Under the pieces are notes generated by a model. That model was not told where the DNA came from. It searched no databases and saw only the letters and a program-made list of their open reading frames with translations. From IMG/VR virus record IMGVR_UViG_3300003154_000789, positions 61,331 through 125,330 of that record: DNA of 64,000 nt, one strand, 5' to 3'. Each line of letters opens with the position of its first letter. The stretch's first letter is position 1. Shown one piece after another: positions 56,582-64,000 of the stretch. This DNA comes from a virus. The translations under genes and the position numbers were made by a program.

Positions 56582-56836
56582 CTAAAAGAATAAGTACTTA
56601 ACTGCCCAAATTATAGCTGGAACAGACATACCAGCTATTACGAGCATGATATCACGAACATAATTTGTTGTGCGTTGTCCTTTTGTTTGTGAATCGACGG
56701 TTATCTGCATTTTATTTTCGTTACTCTTTTTCAAGGGCTGACCTGGAATATACTTCTCTAATGGTTCCCCAGCTATATAGTCATTGGTTTTTGGTCTAAG
56801 ACCAGGTACTTTAGGCTTTTTGATACTATTTATCAT
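56582..56836 (-). CDS. hypothetical membrane protein
   Basis: C-terminal TM helix. Confidence 0.55.
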   Translation of the reverse strand: MINSIKKPKVPGLRPKTNDYIAGEPLEKYIPGQPLKKSNENKMQITVDSQTKGQRTTNYVRDIMLVIAGMSVPAIIWAVKYLFF

Positions 56837-56857
56837 CTTACATCTCCTTTAATAAAT

Positions 56858-57424
56858 CTATGTGAAAAATATTTCATGTTCAAGAGCCGGAAATTTAGGA
56901 TTCAATTCCCTGATAGATTTCAAAGAATAATAACCTTTTCCAGTTTCTTCGGATCTCTTTTTTATTACGCTGATGAATGTGATGGGAGCTTTACATCTTG
57001 GAGAAATTGATCCGGTGATGTTAGCTGCAAGAGGTGTTGGTCGATGTTTCTTAGGCACATGGTCATAGCATGCATGATAAGCTTTCATAATTTCAGGGAA
57101 AACATTGTGAAAACCATCAGATCTCCAACATGAATCATGATTAGATGTGTTATCCCATTCTTTAAGAGGAATATTTCTCCAATCAGACATATTGGAAATA
57201 GCAACAAAGACCGAATGTTCTTTTACGACAATATAGTGCAAATACTTCAGATAGCGTGCTCTCCAACTCTTGTGAAAAGTGTTGCCATCTCTTTCGTAGC
57301 CGTGATTTTCAGCACATATTTCGAGCGTCATAAGAATACCAGCGTTTGGAATAATATTTTTGTTATGGACAACGAATTGAGAAGCAAGAGCTTGCATAAT
57401 ACTTTCTGGGCGAATGATATCCAT
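56858..57424 (-). CDS. hypothetical protein
   Basis: 188-aa ORF. Confidence 0.65.
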   Translation of the reverse strand: MDIIRPESIMQALASQFVVHNKNIIPNAGILMTLEICAENHGYERDGNTFHKSWRARYLKYLHYIVVKEHSVFVAISNMSDWRNIPLKEWDNTSNHDSCWRSDGFHNVFPEIMKAYHACYDHVPKKHRPTPLAANITGSISPRCKAPITFISVIKKRSEETGKGYYSLKSIRELNPKFPALEHEIFFT

Positions 57425-57622
57425 AATTTTATTTCCTTTCTATTTATAGAATAGATACTTTATTCCGGACCTGACCTGAGGAATAGATAAAATGACGAAA
57501 ATGATGAAGGCATAAAAACCCAATTTAAGAACAAACGCTAATACATAAAGTGCTGCTACAACTCCTACACAGATCAGTAATGGCACGATGAGGTTCATTT
57601 ACACGACTCCTTGTTAAATATT

Positions 57623-58084
57623 TTAATGCAATTGTCCGGAGGATGTGGTATAGCACACATTGACGGGCTCATCTGGATACTCATGACCCCTACGTACTAA
57701 AAGTGAGACAGTTTTTATTGGATCATTTTCACTTTTAATAGCGTCTTTGACGCTAAGAAGGACATCTTCTCCAAGATCCAGCTCCCCAACCCATTCCATG
57801 CCCTCGTGTTTTATCTTTACTTCGATGACTACAGACTCCTCTGGAAGCTGGGCTATCAATGGCTCAATTCCATACCAATAACCCTCGAAAAATGTGTCAA
57901 CATCCTTTTCAGACATGCGACCAGCCTCAGCTTCGGCTATAAGTAAGTTCTGGACGGCTCGATTATTATCTCCTAGTACTATCCTGGTATTTCTACCCCA
58001 GGCGTAATAATCGGTGTCTTTGTTAGAAATTGGCACCACTTTAGACGTTAAAAGTTCTCTCTGTCTTTCCGTAATACGCAACAT
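57623..58084 (-). CDS. hypothetical protein
   Basis: 153-aa ORF with RBS AGGAG. Confidence 0.65.
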   Translation of the reverse strand: MLRITERQRELLTSKVVPISNKDTDYYAWGRNTRIVLGDNNRAVQNLLIAEAEAGRMSEKDVDTFFEGYWYGIEPLIAQLPEESVVIEVKIKHEGMEWVGELDLGEDVLLSVKDAIKSENDPIKTVSLLVRRGHEYPDEPVNVCYTTSSGQLH

Positions 58085-58106
58085 AATTTGCTCCTTATTT
58101 TATGAG

Positions 58107-58421
58107 TTATAGATTCTCTTTTGCTTCTTCTGTCAGATGCTCAAGAACATTGCCCCAATAAAATGGGTAAGGAACTATTCTGTCCGTAGCCTCTCCAACA
58201 ATGTTTTTATAATGCACGTAAGCTATGTCCCCATTGTTTGAACGGCTAGAGTCTTTGATAATTGTTGCGATACTTTCACTAAAGGAGGGATTTTTAATTG
58301 TACCTGTTCTCCACAATTCAAACGGCTCAGATTTAAAAACCACCCTTACTCCTTTTTTCAACCACTTGAAATCTCTCATTGGCATCCCTCCTTTAGAGCA
58401 ATTTTGATTTATTTCAATCAC
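58107..58421 (-). CDS. hypothetical protein
   Basis: ORF in gene run. Confidence 0.55.
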   Translation of the reverse strand: MIEINQNCSKGGMPMRDFKWLKKGVRVVFKSEPFELWRTGTIKNPSFSESIATIIKDSSRSNNGDIAYVHYKNIVGEATDRIVPYPFYWGNVLEHLTEEAKENL

Positions 58422-58687
58422 AATCCCTTGACATCTTCGTATGCAATAATATCTTTGCCTCGATTTCTGATTGATAACATACGATAGCGTGCGTAATCGA
58501 TTCTGTATTCTATTGCTTCCAGCTCTTCTCGAAGTGTTTTGTCCTTAACTTCTTCTTTAAGTGCTTCACACTTACTTAAAGCGTCTTCAAGCTTACATTC
58601 TAAAGAGCTGACCTGGCAAAAGAAATTCGAAATCTTTACTATCTTCATCAACCATTTGAACGCACGTTTAATATAGTTAGTCATCAC
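58418..58687 (-). CDS. hypothetical coiled-coil protein
   Basis: ORF with RBS GGAGG. Confidence 0.55.
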   Translation of the reverse strand: MMTNYIKRAFKWLMKIVKISNFFCQVSSLECKLEDALSKCEALKEEVKDKTLREELEAIEYRIDYARYRMLSIRNRGKDIIAYEDVKGL

Positions 58688-58693
58688 CCCTCC

Positions 58694-59164
58694 TTATGTT
58701 GTGGTCTGCCAAATATCGTTTGGACCTTTCTTTTTCTTATGACGTTTAGCTTTCTTCTTGGATGTTGAGTCGTTGATGACATTTGTGGTGGCAACCACTT
58801 TTGGGATAAGAGACGTATCTTCTTCCGGAAGTTCCCAATAGAAAAAATCTTTACTTTTGTTTGTGCCAGCATGGAAAGCTTTCGCAATGGCAACAAATTT
58901 TTCATACTCATTATTCGGTAGCGATTTGAACACTTCCTGTCCCGGCCATGGAAAGATGCGTAGCACATTTTTACTTACCTGTACCTGAAATTTGGATTCT
59001 TCTGCAGGATTTGGTTGGAGCCCATATAAAACAGATCTTTTTACCCTTGCGGTACAATCCCCATTTTCATCATTTACTTTCCAATCAAATTCATACCTGA
59101 TACTTGGCATAATTTTCTCCTTATAATCCAAAACGATGTTTAGTTGGGCGATGGAAGTTTTCAT
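58694..59164 (-). CDS. hypothetical protein
   Basis: 156-aa ORF. Confidence 0.6.
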   Translation of the reverse strand: MKTSIAQLNIVLDYKEKIMPSIRYEFDWKVNDENGDCTARVKRSVLYGLQPNPAEESKFQVQVSKNVLRIFPWPGQEVFKSLPNNEYEKFVAIAKAFHAGTNKSKDFFYWELPEEDTSLIPKVVATTNVINDSTSKKKAKRHKKKKGPNDIWQTTT

Positions 59165-59465
59165 TTTCGGCTATATCAAGAATATGATCCAGAAAATTAA
59201 TCAGTCCATCATATAACTCTTTATCATCTTTGCCATGATCATCATCACTCCACCTGTCCAACTCATCAATAAGCATATTTCTTTGCTTCTTGAGTAGTAC
59301 TATATCAACAGGTTTGTTTATTGATAAACTTTCAACGATCTGATGATTGGTCTTCTTCTTTACATTTTTTGACATTTTCCTCCTTTTGTTCCCATAGTCT
59401 GCCTCTTCTTCCACACTCTCCAAACCACCTTTTACTTCTTTCAATGTCACAAGAGACCCCTTCAT
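59121..59465 (-). CDS. hypothetical protein
   Basis: ORF in gene run. Confidence 0.5.
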   Translation of the reverse strand: MKGSLVTLKEVKGGLESVEEEADYGNKRRKMSKNVKKKTNHQIVESLSINKPVDIVLLKKQRNMLIDELDRWSDDDHGKDDKELYDGLINFLDHILDIAENENFHRPTKHRFGL

Positions 59466-59601
59466 AGACTCTAGTGGTAGTTCCTAATGCGAAGCCATCA
59501 ACATTGCATACCAATGGGTGTTTACACTCTAGAAGAATCGTTCCTGGTTTTTGTACAGACCATTTACAATCGTCGCAGAAACAAGGATATGGTTTTTCCA
59601 T
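59332..59601 (-). CDS. small Cys-rich protein, paralog of 59638..59856
   Basis: MEKPYPCFCDDCKWS...C..P...SC..ER...CG.RG.LWE. Confidence 0.65.
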   Translation of the reverse strand: MEKPYPCFCDDCKWSVQKPGTILLECKHPLVCNVDGFALGTTTRVYEGVSCDIERSKRWFGECGRRGRLWEQKEENVKKCKEEDQSSDR

Positions 59602-59637
59602 AGTATTTTCCTTTGTTTATGATGTGATAAATTCATT

Positions 59638-59856
59638 TTATTTTGTTTCCCAAAGCTTTCCTCTCATTCCACATAGACCAAGAAATATCTTTTCTCTTTC
59701 ATCCTTACAACTGATTCCGGGGGTTATACTTGATAGTGAATCAGAATCTGCAGCGTTCAGAGTCGGTTGCTGGCATGAAAGACTTTTGCTGCGTGCGTTG
59801 GAAATTTCTTTAGACCATTTACAATCTTTGCAGTAGAGCGGATATGGTTTTTCCAT
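59638..59856 (-). CDS. small Cys-rich protein, paralog of 59332..59601
   Basis: MEKPYPLYCKDCKWS...C..P...SC..ER...CG.RG.LWE. Confidence 0.65.
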   Translation of the reverse strand: MEKPYPLYCKDCKWSKEISNARSKSLSCQQPTLNAADSDSLSSITPGISCKDEREKIFLGLCGMRGKLWETK

Positions 59857-59874
59857 GTTTTTATTTCTCCTGTT

Positions 59875-61454
59875 TTAATCTTCCGAATCGCCCGCTTTTA
59901 AGTTCATTATTGGTTTGACTCGATGAAGGATCTTTGCCGTTGGTGAAATAGCTGCCTCAATGATCTCAGCTGGCTTGTACGCCCCTTTAAGTTCATCGGT
60001 TGGCAATACACTTGTGTAGATACCCTTGGCTGCCATAGAGGCTCTGGCTTCCTCTAAGTTCAACTTTTCCTTGGCAATAGTTCTTGAATACAGACGACCC
60101 GCACCATGAGGAGCAGAAAAGTTCCACTCGGAGTTTCCCTTACCCTCACAGACCAGAATACCATCTTCCATATTGAAGGGAAGGATAAATTTTTCTCCGG
60201 CGTAAGCAGAGACAGCACCTTTGCGGATGATGAAATCTTTGTAATTGATACAGTTATGAACTGTAGTTATCCTTTCGAAGATGTGATCCTCTCGTACACG
60301 CAGTTCTTCAAGGATAGCCTTCATCATAACTTGATGACTCATGTACGCATACCAATTAGCGAAGATAGTATCAATGAGGTACCCATACATGTGCTCACCG
60401 TGTAGAGGTTCAAGACCCTTAGGTGTCTTTGGTACCATATCACGGACACCTTGAAACATTTCCTGCCACTTTTCCTTGGGCTGTTTCTCTTTGATTAAAT
60501 CAAACATCTCGGTCATTGCAACGGACTTCTTGTTTTTCAGGTCTTTTACTGCAATGTCTTGCCAGTATGTGGCGATACGCAGACCTAGATTACGAGAGCC
60601 GGAATGGGTGGTTATACAAGGATAGCTTCTCTCGTCTATGCCGATTTCAATGAAATGATTCAGTTGTTTGTTACTACTATTCGATTCGAATAGCGGATAG
60701 GTCATTTCTGCCTATCTCTCCGGCTTCATTTTATTATCCCGGAGGTCGGACTGTCGCTTATCTTTCGATCTTCTTCACTCAGTCTCTCACGGCACATGCA
60801 TGCATGTTTCCGCCCTGTCGTCCATTTTTATAGGACTTCCAAGTCAATCAGAAGAAGTTTCGGTATTAAACACAAACACTTTGGACCCGGAGGCAATCAT
60901 TTACCACCACCCAAGGTGCCGATAGAATTGATAACATACTGAGCGAAGTCCTTCTTCTTCTTTCTGATGGATACCCTTTCACAGAGTGAAAGAAACCAAT
61001 CAAGATCGATTTTTGGACAACGGTGCTTGCTGCCATATCGTTTGTTGAACGCCAACGTAAACTCGACAGCTTCTTTCTGTACTGTTGCCCAGGGAAAATC
61101 GTTCTTCATGTCGAGCTGTGGTTTGGGATGTACTTCTCCACCCATTGGTATCCTGGCACGTATTCTCTGGTCAAGTTTGTCAAAATCAATACCGCTTAAG
61201 ACGATTGGATCCAATCGCACCATATGCATTTGGCAATAAAGATCAACGCCAACAACATTTGGAATTACATTATCCCCCATAGGCATAGTAAAACCGATGA
61301 CAGCACCTTTGCCAGCATGAGTATCAGGCATGATTTTGATAGGATTGATAAATGAATAGTTGTTTATAAACGCATAAATCTGGCTGGTTGTTGTCTCATC
61401 TATATTATCAATCATTACATCTGCTGTTGTGTACTTTCCTTTGAAGGTGAGCAT
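59875..61454 (-). CDS. rtcB: RtcB 3'-phosphate RNA ligase, two exons (61454-60903 and 60660-59875; 445 aa spliced)
   Basis: MPDTHAGKG, VGVDLYC, GTLGGG|NHFIE, THSGSR, HN, RKGA, SAPHGAGR, DE...AYK. Confidence 0.93.
60661..60902 (-). ncRNA. group I self-splicing intron (242 nt, no ORF) in rtcB
   Basis: Exon ends in U, intron ends in G; P1 with U.G wobble; 6-bp P10 (AUGAUU/AAUCAU); P3 CUUCUUC/GAAGAAG; P7 GACUG/CAGUC; P8 and P9 hairpins; removal restores the frame and GGGNH. Confidence 0.92.
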
Positions 61455-61606
61455 TTACATATTCTCCTATGTTGTAGAGCTTCTGTTATAAGCATCCTTA
61501 CCATATTTGACAGTGGTCTTTGGTCTTTTTCTGAAAGAGTATACAACTCTTGGAACATTTCATCGGTTACACGTGTTGAAATTCCTTTTGAAAAATCTTG
61601 TTTCAT
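61415..61606 (-). CDS. ribbon-helix-helix-like DNA-binding protein
   Basis: ISTRVTDEMFQELYTLSEKDQRPLSNMVRMLITEAL. Confidence 0.6.
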   Translation of the reverse strand: MKQDFSKGISTRVTDEMFQELYTLSEKDQRPLSNMVRMLITEALQHRRICKCSPSKESTQQQM

Positions 61607-61609
61607 GAA

Positions 61610-61876
61610 CTACTTCTCCTTGAATCTTTGTTCATCATTTAATTTATGCTTTATCTTACGCGAATATTCCTTGGGGCTTTTATGCACGTTTCCAGGTCTA
61701 GGAATAGGAATTCTTCCGAGCCTTGGCTTCCTGGTTTTCGCTTTTACAGATGACAGTAATACTGCCCTACTTAAACATACTTCACAACCAATCCATGGAT
61801 GGACAAATTCTTCCTTGTTAAAAGCATGTTTAGTTATATGATTGCACGCTGAGCACTTATATTTATAGATAGCCAT
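61610..61876 (-). CDS. FmdB-like Zn-ribbon protein
   Basis: MAIYKYKCSAC...CEVC. Confidence 0.65.
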   Translation of the reverse strand: MAIYKYKCSACNHITKHAFNKEEFVHPWIGCEVCLSRAVLLSSVKAKTRKPRLGRIPIPRPGNVHKSPKEYSRKIKHKLNDEQRFKEK

Positions 61877-61930
61877 TTTATCTCCAACTTGTGCCCGGCC
61901 ATATTTCAGACCGGGCTGTCTATCTTTTTG

Positions 61931-62923
61931 TTATTCGGTAATGATTGCAAGCTGCCCGCAGGCCGCTCCGGCTTCCACTTCAGCCTTGGTGGCAATGGCG
62001 ACTGCATAATCGAATCCGGAATTGTCAAGCTGTTTCTTAATGGTCTCTTCTACATTGTTTTCCATATCTTTTCTCCTTATTATACTGCCGTTAAAGTTGG
62101 TTCTCAAATTTTGTCCGTCAAATACCAGATTGCTTTTTGAATCAGTGGTGGGTTTACATCTAAATCTGGTATACAACTTGACTACCTTTTTTCCCCTTTT
62201 AGGAAGGAATAAATAGTTAGCACACCGACAAATGTCGTCATTGCTCCACACTTTGTTTTTGACAAGCCTTTCGTTGAATAGCTTGTCGTCTGGAAACTCA
62301 ACAAAATGTTTCAGGCAAAAATCGTTTGTGGGCATCAGAGAAACGAAACCAACATCATGTATGCCTACAGCACTAGCCCACTCCAGATAATTGGTAATAG
62401 ACTTGTAGTCATGGACTTTCCCTTTTATCATGGTGCACGACAAATGCATTTTATCATTAGCCATAGACCACAAATAGTTAGCCATAGGTACAAGTTTAGT
62501 TCCAAATATCTTCTGATTTTCAATGTCATTGAAATGGTGTCTGGATATGGCTATATTATCCAAATCTTTTATTGCAGCTATTTCTAGCAAACCGTAACCA
62601 TTTGTGTTGACAACTGTAAATGTGTCTTTATTAAATGATTTCACAATTTGCACACATTCTCTTACCAAACCTGGGGCAAATGATGGCTCGCCGACGGTAA
62701 AAGATACTTTAGTAACTGTTACGTGTTTACTCAATAAGGATAAAACTTTTTCAAACTTTTTGATATCGAATTGAAAACCATTATTCTTATTGGCAAAAGT
62801 GCAGAAAGGGCATTTTGCTTGACAAATATCAGTTACTTTTACGTATAGAGATGTATATGGACCATCTACTGGTTGTGGTGCATTTCCATTTAGGGCACAA
62901 TAAACATCACGAAATAGTTCCAT
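61931..62923 (-). CDS. radical SAM protein; the last 44 aa are an RlmN-like C-terminal peptide with its own RBS/ATG (61931..62065)
   Basis: CQAKCPFC (CxxxCxxC); tail MENNVEE...GAACGQL preceded by AAGGAG. Confidence 0.8.
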   Translation of the reverse strand: MELFRDVYCALNGNAPQPVDGPYTSLYVKVTDICQAKCPFCTFANKNNGFQFDIKKFEKVLSLLSKHVTVTKVSFTVGEPSFAPGLVRECVQIVKSFNKDTFTVVNTNGYGLLEIAAIKDLDNIAISRHHFNDIENQKIFGTKLVPMANYLWSMANDKMHLSCTMIKGKVHDYKSITNYLEWASAVGIHDVGFVSLMPTNDFCLKHFVEFPDDKLFNERLVKNKVWSNDDICRCANYLFLPKRGKKVVKLYTRFRCKPTTDSKSNLVFDGQNLRTNFNGSIIRRKDMENNVEETIKKQLDNSGFDYAVAIATKAEVEAGAACGQLAIITE

Positions 62924-62944
62924 ATTATTGTTCCTTTCAGAATA

Positions 62945-63250
62945 TCAACAAGGATTTCCTCTATATCCTCCACCATGACCACATGGATCCGGCGTGCTTT
63001 CTTTTGGAGGTTTCGGCATTTTACTTACCTTTGTCTTTACTAACCTGCGTCCAGCACACGTATCTTCCAGAATTTCAGCAACTGTCTTTACTCGACCCGA
63101 AAAAGGTTTCATCACTTCTTCATAAGCCAGCTCAGTGATTAAACCTTCTTTACGCATATCGTTGATAGCGTCCTTATAATCGGTAACGCTTCTAAATCTT
63201 CTCTGAAGAAGTTTAAGAAATGTTACCTCTTTTGCTATTTTTGGCTGCAT
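62945..63250 (-). CDS. hypothetical protein
   Basis: ORF with RBS GGAGG. Confidence 0.6.
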   Translation of the reverse strand: MQPKIAKEVTFLKLLQRRFRSVTDYKDAINDMRKEGLITELAYEEVMKPFSGRVKTVAEILEDTCAGRRLVKTKVSKMPKPPKESTPDPCGHGGGYRGNPC

Positions 63251-63260
63251 TTATTACCTC

Positions 63261-64000
63261 CTATGCAATGTTGGCTTGGTGTATTATACCTTCGCCAAGA
63301 TCATTTGATTTTGATACGACATTCTCATTGATTGGGCTGATTTTGATGAAAAACTTATCTTTGTCAAACAATGCGGATAGTTTCTCCATTGAAAAATCTT
63401 CAGCCCTTGCCATAGTCAAATTCAGAGTAGTCTTGAGGCGGCTAGCCGTTCTGATCTTGCCCATCTCCTCAAGAGTAATTTTGTGTTTGTATGGGATAAG
63501 CCAATTGCGATAGTTCTCATCAAATGAATGGACACTGAACTGGAGTGTCATATTTGGTCTGATCCAGGAGTAGTCAGCCCCTTGGATGCCAATAGTTGAG
63601 ATGTAATGGTGGATACTTGGATTGTAATGATACAATATGTTGATGGCTTCTTTGACATTTTTAAAATTAAGAAATGGTTCTCCCATCCTGGTATAGTTTA
63701 TCTTGAATTCTTTTGCCCCATCTACCCAGGTACCAATATTCTTATCCATAACAAATTGAACTTGTTGCACGATTTCATCGACTGTAAGATTCCGGAAACG
63801 TTTCATATTTCCTGTAGCACAGAACTTGCATCCTACAGGACAACCGGACATTACAGAAACTCCGACCATCCATCGTTCCAAGCGGGATCCAAGATCACCA
63901 CTTTTGAGGACGTTCTGTTTTGGGCCAATAGCATCCTTTGTATAATAGGGCAAAAAGGTGTCGGTAACTTCGATTGGATAACCATCTTCAGTATGTAATA
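63261..64000 (-). CDS. RlmN/Cfr-like radical SAM protein lacking the C-terminal AACGQL (5' end off the window)
   Basis: Frame open to the edge (..LHTEDGYPIEVTDTFLPYY..); VSVMSGCPVGCKFCATG, RNLTVDEIVQQV, MGEPFLN, QFSVHS. Confidence 0.8.
   Translation of the reverse strand, partial: LHTEDGYPIEVTDTFLPYYTKDAIGPKQNVLKSGDLGSRLERWMVGVSVMSGCPVGCKFCATGNMKRFRNLTVDEIVQQVQFVMDKNIGTWVDGAKEFKINYTRMGEPFLNFKNVKEAINILYHYNPSIHHYISTIGIQGADYSWIRPNMTLQFSVHSFDENYRNWLIPYKHKITLEEMGKIRTASRLKTTLNLTMARAEDFSMEKLSALFDKDKFFIKISPINENVVSKSNDLGEGIIHQANIA

Noticed and set aside
60661-60705. ORF-track start MTYPLFESNSSNKQL for a separate C-terminal RtcB protein
   Set aside because: These codons lie within the intron P9 region; splicing explains the two ORFs better than a split gene or frameshift.
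1-64000. Alternative genetic code (stop-codon reassignment)
   Set aside because: Long conserved genes are intact under code 11, gene density is high, and no suppressor tRNA was found.
1-64000. Definitive assignment as a tailed phage
   Set aside because: No capsid, terminase, portal or tail gene is recognisable in this window; the phage-like call rests on gene architecture and content only.

Overview
AT-rich, densely coded 64 kb segment with essentially all genes on the minus strand, many small ORFans and tandem paralogs. It is most consistent with a large/jumbo bacteriophage or similar large mobile element. No virion structural genes are visible. CspA and an FN3 protein hint at a Desulfobacterota-like host (inference). 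Recognisable modules: (1) RNA repair and tRNA functions: a partial Ro60/TROVE gene at the left edge (missed by the ORF track), five tRNAs without encoded CCA, four covarying Y-RNA-like ncRNAs (one with a circularly permuted tRNA-like module), a CCA/HD nucleotidyltransferase, and an RtcB ligase interrupted at its GGG|NH motif by a 242-nt group I intron. (2) Own transcription machinery: a sigma-70-like factor and a 1139-aa single-chain two-barrel RNA polymerase carrying both beta and beta-prime core motifs. (3) A strongly expanded amide-bond toolkit: four COOH-NH2 ligases, an ATP-grasp ligase, two class II and two class I glutamine amidotransferases, a GNAT, a gamma-glutamylcyclotransferase and a YcaO, plus four paralogs of an unrecognised CR[DE] family. 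(4) An apparently split RlmN/Cfr-like radical SAM enzyme, a six-gene Zn-ribbon array, RuvB, an SF2 helicase, SSB, Nudix, macro, SLOG, two peptide deformylases and two HNH nucleases. All calls come from motif reading; no database searches were run.
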